Shown in pieces: positions 27,298-32,000 of a stretch of 32,000 bases of DNA. Origin of the DNA: Nitrosomonas europaea (lineage in GTDB: Bacteria; Pseudomonadota; Gammaproteobacteria; Burkholderiales; Nitrosomonadaceae); assembly GCF_900167395.1 (NCBI RefSeq), contig NZ_FUWK01000030.1:7141-39140 (forward strand), given 5' to 3'. A model generated the notes under the pieces. It saw nothing but the letters and a program-made list of their open reading frames with translations, did not search any database and was not told the origin of the DNA. Both the position numbers and the translations under genes were made by a program. Position 1 is the stretch's first letter. Each line of letters begins with the position of its first letter.

Positions 27298-28148
27298 TGC
27301 GGCTTGTATTCCGCCAGGCCGCGATGACGTACCAGAACATGGGCGCTGTCATGGAAGTGCAGTGCGAGCTTTTCTGCAAAATAAACCGAGCGGTGCTGTC
27401 CCCCGGTACAACCGATGGCAACCGTGAGATAGGCCCGGTTATCCCGTATGTAAGCAGGTAGCCAGGTACCCAGAAAACTGCTGATATCTCTGAGCATTTT
27501 TGAGGCATCCGGCTGAGATTCCATAAAGCGGATGACTTCGGGATCGTGCCCGGTCAATTCCTTCAGTTGCGGATCGTAAAAAGGATTGGGCAGACAACGT
27601 ATGTCGAATACCAGATCAGCGTCCAGCGGAATACCGTGTTTGTAGCCGAACGACTGGAACAATAGTGTCAATTGAGAGGGGCTTCGGCTGTCTGCAATGA
27701 AATCCTTGATAAAGGCCCGCAGCACATTGGGCCTGAGAGAACTGGTATCGATATGATGTCCCAACCCTGTCAATGTGGCCAGTGCTTCACGTTCACGCCG
27801 GATGGCTTCTTCCAGGGTAATATTTTTATCGCTCAGGGGGTGTCTGCGACGGGTTTCGGAAAAGCGCTGCATCAGCGTCTCAGTACGTGCTTCCAGAAAT
27901 ATGAATTTTATCTGGATGCTTTTGTCGATCATTTTGAGCTGCCAGGGCAGAACAGTAATGTTCTCGCCGCTGCGCATATCGATGGCGACCGCAACGTAAG
28001 CGTGCTGCTGCGTTTGCAGGTGGTTGATGAGAACGACAAGCAATGACGCGGGAAGGTTATCGACACAGTAGTAGCCTGAATCTTCCAGGACTTTGAGTGC
28101 GATCGATTTTCCCGAACCGGATAACCCGCTGATAATGATGACTTGCAT
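27282..28148 (-). CDS. rapZ: RNase adapter / nucleotide-binding protein RapZ (YhbJ)
   Basis: 288 aa from the ATG at 28148. MQVIIISGLSGSGKS P-loop, DxR-containing AIDMRS, CTGGQHRSV C-terminal motif. The track start at 28244 adds 32 poorly conserved-looking residues. Confidence 0.9.
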   Translation of the reverse strand: MQVIIISGLSGSGKSIALKVLEDSGYYCVDNLPASLLVVLINHLQTQQHAYVAVAIDMRSGENITVLPWQLKMIDKSIQIKFIFLEARTETLMQRFSETRRRHPLSDKNITLEEAIRREREALATLTGLGHHIDTSSLRPNVLRAFIKDFIADSRSPSQLTLLFQSFGYKHGIPLDADLVFDIRCLPNPFYDPQLKELTGHDPEVIRFMESQPDASKMLRDISSFLGTWLPAYIRDNRAYLTVAIGCTGGQHRSVYFAEKLALHFHDSAHVLVRHRGLAEYKPHYARR

Positions 28149-28231
28149 GGTTTTGAGTATAACAGGCAGATTAATCTGGGAGTGTATGCAAAAGCAGTAT
28201 TCGTTCATACAAATGATGAGTGAATGTAAGT

Positions 28232-28780
28232 GTGAGTAAGGCATTTACCAAGGAAAGTGACGGTGAGGAAGAGCTGGATGGCAACCCGCAGCTGCCGCAA
28301 GGCGTAAAAAACTACATTACTCCGGGAGGTTATCAGCGCTTAAAGGATGAATTCGATCAATTATGGAGAGTGGAACGCCCGGAACTGGTCAAAGTCGTTT
28401 CCTGGGCAGCATCGAACGGTGATCGCTCGGAGAATGGTGATTACATCTACGGAAAACGGCGTTTACGTGAAATCGATCGCCGCCTGCGGTTTTTATCCAG
28501 GCGTCTGGATAACGCCGAAATCATCGATCCGAAGCAGCGCGGCGAATGTGATCAGGTATTTTTTGGTGCGACGGTAACGGTTTGTAATCAGCGCGGCGAG
28601 GAGCAGACTTACAGCATCGTCGGTATCGATGAAGCTGAACCGGGCCGGGGCTGGATCAGCTGGATTTCACCGCTGGCCAAAGCACTGCTGAAGGCACGTG
28701 AAGGAGATGTGGTGCCATTGCAGACACCGGGCGGCCCGCAAGAACTGGAAGTAGTGGAAATCCGTTACGAAGCGTTGTGA
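28232..28780 (+). CDS. greB: Transcription elongation (cleavage) factor, GreB-like, with an acidic N-terminal extension
   Basis: AASNGDRSENGDYIYGKRRLREIDRR matches the Gre coiled-coil tip. The C-terminal globular domain shows VSWISPLAKALLKAREGDVV. I prefer the GTG at 28232 (MSKAFTKESD...) over the GTG at 28220. Both are in frame. Confidence 0.85.
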   Translation: MSKAFTKESDGEEELDGNPQLPQGVKNYITPGGYQRLKDEFDQLWRVERPELVKVVSWAASNGDRSENGDYIYGKRRLREIDRRLRFLSRRLDNAEIIDPKQRGECDQVFFGATVTVCNQRGEEQTYSIVGIDEAEPGRGWISWISPLAKALLKAREGDVVPLQTPGGPQELEVVEIRYEAL

Positions 28781-28842
28781 CATCGATACAGGTGAGTCGT
28801 GTCCGGAACGGCTGATCGTTCGTGCATCAGGCAGAGATGTGA

Positions 28843-30561
28843 TCAGTCTTTTGCGTGATGAGTGGTGAAAATGTCGTGCAACAGAGGCTGGCTGGCGGTT
28901 TGCACATAGCGAACGGCCTGTTTGTTGCGTTTTCCTTTCAGCTTGAGATGAAAGGGTTTACTGAATCTGATTTCAGGGTGATCCATGTGTGCGGTGGTTT
29001 CGTACAGTGCTTCGCTGATCAGTATCGCGCCCGGACAGCAGTTTTTTTCAAGACGGGCAGCAGTATTGACGACATCTCCGATCGTCGTCCAGTCGAGCCT
29101 GTCAGAAGAACCAACATTACCGATGACCACCTTGCCCCAGTGGATACCGATGCGTAAGAGCAGCAGATCTTTGCCGGCACGCATTCGCAAATTATTGAAG
29201 TCGTAGGAATGTTTGTGAATTTCCAATGCGGCCAGTATGGCTTTGTGGGGCTCTCTGAACAGCGCCATGACACAATCACCCATGAATTTGTCGATGATTC
29301 CCTCATGCTGTCTGACGGCTTTTGTGATTCTGCCGAGTATCAGGTTGAGCGTATGAATGACGGATTCTTCTTTTTCGTTGTTTTCCACATAGCTGGTAAA
29401 GCCGGCAATATCACAGAACAGGACAGCGAGCCGGCATTCTTCATTGGGGAGTGCATTGCCGCCCAGCCGGACGATTTCCCGGGCTTTTTGCTCGACCAGC
29501 TGAGGGACGTAATTACGGGTGATGTTATGAACACGGGCTTCATTGAGAATGGAACCTTCGGCCAGTGTATGGGTGGCTTTATGGTCCAGCGATACGACCT
29601 GCCACAATGTGTGAATGGTCATGTCATGATGGCGATAACCGCTGATATTGAAAAGTAGCGACAGGCTGTTGTCATGCGGCAGTCTGACGCGGATTCTGTA
29701 GTTCTCGAATACCCCACCCTGTGACTCCAGAGCAAGTCCCCATAGCACGTCGTTATAGAAATGGCCGGGAATGATGCCTGTCAGGATGTGAACCGAAGTC
29801 GGTGATACTTCCAGCTTCAGGTTGTTGAGAATCGCAGGGGAGATGGACAGGATATCGCCTGCACTGGAAAAAACGATGATGCCGTAGTTCAGTTTGCAGA
29901 AAATAGCCTGTGTTTTATCCGATTCCTCAGCAGAGAGCAGTAATTCAGAATGTTCCGCCTGTTCCAGGTGAGGGTGATGCCGTGCTATGTCTCTCACTAC
30001 TTTGGCGGAGTGATAGCCCGGTGCGGTGGTCCCATCGATCTGTTTTAGCAGTGTGAATCCGATCGCTTTGGCAAGTTTACTATCCAGATAAGCACTGTTG
30101 TCACAGTTTTCCGGGTATTCGATGCGTATTAAAGTGCCCTTTTCTTCAGGAAAGGTCAGTATGACCTGGAAATGATTCTTTCTGCAGAATTGCTCGATAT
30201 TCCGATCACCATGCGTGATCAGCTCATTCTGCAGAAGTTCATCGAATACATTGTCCTTGCTGGCGATATCGATGTTCAGATCATCTTCGATCGCTCGCTG
30301 GAATGCATGGCGATGCATGGTTCTGACTATGTTTGTAATCAGTTTGTGCAGTAAAAGTACGGTTGAATCCAGCAGACGCGGGCATTGCAGACGTTTCAGT
30401 GAACATACGATTTCCTGTTCCAGCTCTTGCCAGACGTTATGCTCAATCGAGGTAACGATGATCGGGCGACCGTGCCCGGGAGAATGTGATTCGATCTTGT
30501 TCGAGCTTGTTCCAGAGGGGGGGTCAACAGCGATCATGGGCGCAGAACTGAAAGATTTCAT
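28843..30561 (-). CDS. Class III adenylate/guanylate cyclase with an unassigned N-terminal domain (~190 aa) and a central PAS-like domain
   Basis: Catalytic domain: VLFCDIAGFT and KFMGDCVMALF (metal Asp residues, plus a Lys at the purine-selecting position), and TTIGDVVNTAARLE (Asn/Arg). PAS-like segment: GIIVFSSAGDILSISPA...FENYRIRVRL. The start is either 30561 or 30537. Both overlap the upstream HDOD gene. Confidence 0.85.
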   Translation of the reverse strand: MKSFSSAPMIAVDPPSGTSSNKIESHSPGHGRPIIVTSIEHNVWQELEQEIVCSLKRLQCPRLLDSTVLLLHKLITNIVRTMHRHAFQRAIEDDLNIDIASKDNVFDELLQNELITHGDRNIEQFCRKNHFQVILTFPEEKGTLIRIEYPENCDNSAYLDSKLAKAIGFTLLKQIDGTTAPGYHSAKVVRDIARHHPHLEQAEHSELLLSAEESDKTQAIFCKLNYGIIVFSSAGDILSISPAILNNLKLEVSPTSVHILTGIIPGHFYNDVLWGLALESQGGVFENYRIRVRLPHDNSLSLLFNISGYRHHDMTIHTLWQVVSLDHKATHTLAEGSILNEARVHNITRNYVPQLVEQKAREIVRLGGNALPNEECRLAVLFCDIAGFTSYVENNEKEESVIHTLNLILGRITKAVRQHEGIIDKFMGDCVMALFREPHKAILAALEIHKHSYDFNNLRMRAGKDLLLLRIGIHWGKVVIGNVGSSDRLDWTTIGDVVNTAARLEKNCCPGAILISEALYETTAHMDHPEIRFSKPFHLKLKGKRNKQAVRYVQTASQPLLHDIFTTHHAKD

Positions 30562-31375
30562 CGTTGATCAATTTCTGAAAGAAAGCTTCATCGAGCAGAT
30601 GGTCAGAAAACTCTTCATTCAGTCCGTAAGCCATCAGCTTCTCCTTGCGGATGACCGGGTCACAGGGGTTGGTACCAATTCCGGCTCCTTTGATCAGGCT
30701 GTTGGCGATTGCCAGCCAGAGCAGGATTTCATTGTCGATCTGCCCGGGTAATAACTGATCCAGATCAGTGCCGACATACAGCTGAAACTGTGGCGGGAGT
30801 TTCCATTCCCTGACTGCCTGCTCACCGATCTGGTAATGATCCGTACCCATGAATTTTTGCTCCGCTTCTTTGCTAGAGCAGGCATTCTCGAGCGCATAGG
30901 TAAGCGCATCCATATAATCCTTGCGTACGTGGGTAAAAAGCAGCACCTTGCCGATATCGTGAACCAGTCCGGCAACAAAGGCCTCTTCACAATCCTCCGC
31001 TTTTCCCAGTTCAGAACAGATGTTGTAACTGGCAATGGCAGTCAGCAGGGAGTGGTGCCAGATATGTTTGCATACCAGGGCATTCTTGCTTTTGGAAAAT
31101 ACGGAACGCGAGAAAGCCAGTATGACCAGTGAACGAATGATATTGATTCCCAGCAGACTGATCGCAATGGGTAATGTCCTGATCGGCTGACTGCGATTGT
31201 AAATGGGTGAATTTGCCACTCTGAGAATGAACGATGCAACCACCTGGTCGGAACGCAACAGATGATCCATCTCCCTGAAGCAGTTCGGAGATTCTTCATT
31301 GATCTCGATGATTCTGGAAATGATTTCCGGTTGTGCGGATTTTATGGTTTTGTAGTCAATGATGCATCGATTCAT
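30524..31375 (-). CDS. HDOD domain protein, first gene of the HDOD-cyclase operon
   Basis: 283 aa. LRSDQVVASFILRVANSPIY, AISLLGINIIRSL, HHSLLTAIAS and AGLVHDIGKVLLF are HDOD-type motifs. Its stop at 30524 lies inside the 5' end of the cyclase ORF. Confidence 0.8.
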   Translation of the reverse strand: MNRCIIDYKTIKSAQPEIISRIIEINEESPNCFREMDHLLRSDQVVASFILRVANSPIYNRSQPIRTLPIAISLLGINIIRSLVILAFSRSVFSKSKNALVCKHIWHHSLLTAIASYNICSELGKAEDCEEAFVAGLVHDIGKVLLFTHVRKDYMDALTYALENACSSKEAEQKFMGTDHYQIGEQAVREWKLPPQFQLYVGTDLDQLLPGQIDNEILLWLAIANSLIKGAGIGTNPCDPVIRKEKLMAYGLNEEFSDHLLDEAFFQKLINDEIFQFCAHDRC

Positions 31376-31690
31376 GGCTCATGGCTGCCGGGGTCATGGC
31401 AGTAAAAATTTTTGGGTGTTGTTATAAATTAAAACAACGGCATGTATGAGACCGGCTTGATAGATAACAAAGAAAATTCCCGGAATTTGGGAGAATTCTT
31501 GATCGTTGTTTCTGAAAGCCTGGCGAAAACAGTTTTGATCGGAATTAACTATATTCGGGATATGAGAATCCGAATTGATATGAGGTTGCAATAGAGAGAC
31601 TCGTACAGCTTGTGGAAGTTTTAGCCAGGATTGTTGTAACCAACAATATCGAATCAGGTGGGTGGATTGAGAAACTGAGGAATAAACGCC

Positions 31691-31786
31691 CAGGTACTGA
31701 ACACTCCTGTAGAGACTCGCGTTGTTTCCCTTTCAGGGGCGCCGTTGCCGCTACAGGGGTAAAGGAAGGGGTGTGTTCAGCACCTG
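31691..31786. other. Nested imperfect stem-loop (~96 nt) in the AT-rich non-coding region. Possible small RNA or regulatory element.
   Basis: Outer arms are CAGGTACTGAACAC (31691-31704) and GTGTTCAGCACCTG (31773-31786), pairing at 13 of 14 positions. Inner arms are CCTGTAG (31706-31712) and CTACAGG (31751-31757). A purine-rich bulge GGTAAAGGAAGGGGT lies between them. The pairing is seen directly in the sequence. The function is unknown. Confidence 0.3.
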
Positions 31787-31925
31787 ACCAGACTATAAGC
31801 CCGAGAAATTGATGATGTCAAGGTTCCTCGAAATAAAAGTTTCTAAACAGCATCCGACTATTATAAAAATTTTGAGCAATGGATTAAGGCGTCTCGAATC
31901 ATAAAATTTATATGTAGTAGTTGAG

Positions 31926-31973
31926 ATCTGATCTGACAGTTACCCGATTTGACGAGTGCCTGTTAGATCAGAT
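31926..31973. repeat. Inverted repeat, 13-nt arms with a 22-nt spacer
   Basis: ATCTGATCTGACA (31926-31938) pairs with TGTTAGATCAGAT (31961-31973): 12 Watson-Crick pairs plus one G:T. Confidence 0.6.
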
Positions 31974-32000
31974 TCAGTTATTCAATTCGGTAATTTTATC

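Noticed and set aside
30517-30523. G7 (C7 on the coding strand) run at the HDOD/cyclase junction, considered as a phase-variation tract
   Set aside because: Runs of 7 are expected several times by chance in a window of this size, and are at the low end for slippage. I mention it under the operon finding but do not claim it as a switch.
31394-31812. Two short ORFs in the terminal AT-rich region: 31394-31591 (minus strand, TTG start, 65 aa) and 31612-31812 (plus strand, 66 aa)
   Set aside because: Both have non-ATG starts and no SD, with low-complexity or odd composition. The plus-strand ORF runs straight through the nested stem-loop. I treat the region as non-coding.

Overview
This looks like a chromosomal window from a proteobacterium, probably beta or gamma (an inference only), with roughly 50% GC by eye. 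I support 27 protein genes plus one candidate 48-codon upstream ORF. I found no rRNA, tRNA, CRISPR array, IS element or transposase.

Gene layout:
- Left end, minus strand: potA-potB-potC-like polyamine ABC importer, ubiJ-ubiB, and a small MatP-like ribbon-helix-helix protein.
- Centre, plus strand: an E. coli-like chemotaxis cluster, cheA-cheW-mcp-(Aer-type PAS mcp)-cheR-cheD-cheB, with no cheY or cheZ.
- Then a minus-strand run: HDOD protein, RumA/RlmD-type RNA methyltransferase, membrane-anchored dynamin-like GTPase, fructosamine-kinase family protein and argH.
- Then a membrane protein, murA, ridA, recG, rapZ and greB.
- Right end: an overlapping HDOD -> PAS/class III nucleotidyl cyclase operon, followed by an AT-rich structured non-coding region running to the window end.

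I do not see a clear-cut novel multi-gene defence or mobile system.

The observations most worth follow-up:
1. A strong-SD 48-codon ORF with a G9 tract and a stable hairpin, ATGA-coupled to an SD-less cheR.
2. An ~870-bp, ~93% identical direct repeat that homogenises the signalling halves of two receptors with unrelated sensor modules.
3. A MatP-like protein lacking the C-terminal coiled coil.
4. The HDOD-cyclase overlapping operon.
5. The structured non-coding region at 31.4-32.0 kb.

All functional calls rest on my own recognition of motifs and remembered homologues. No database search was run.
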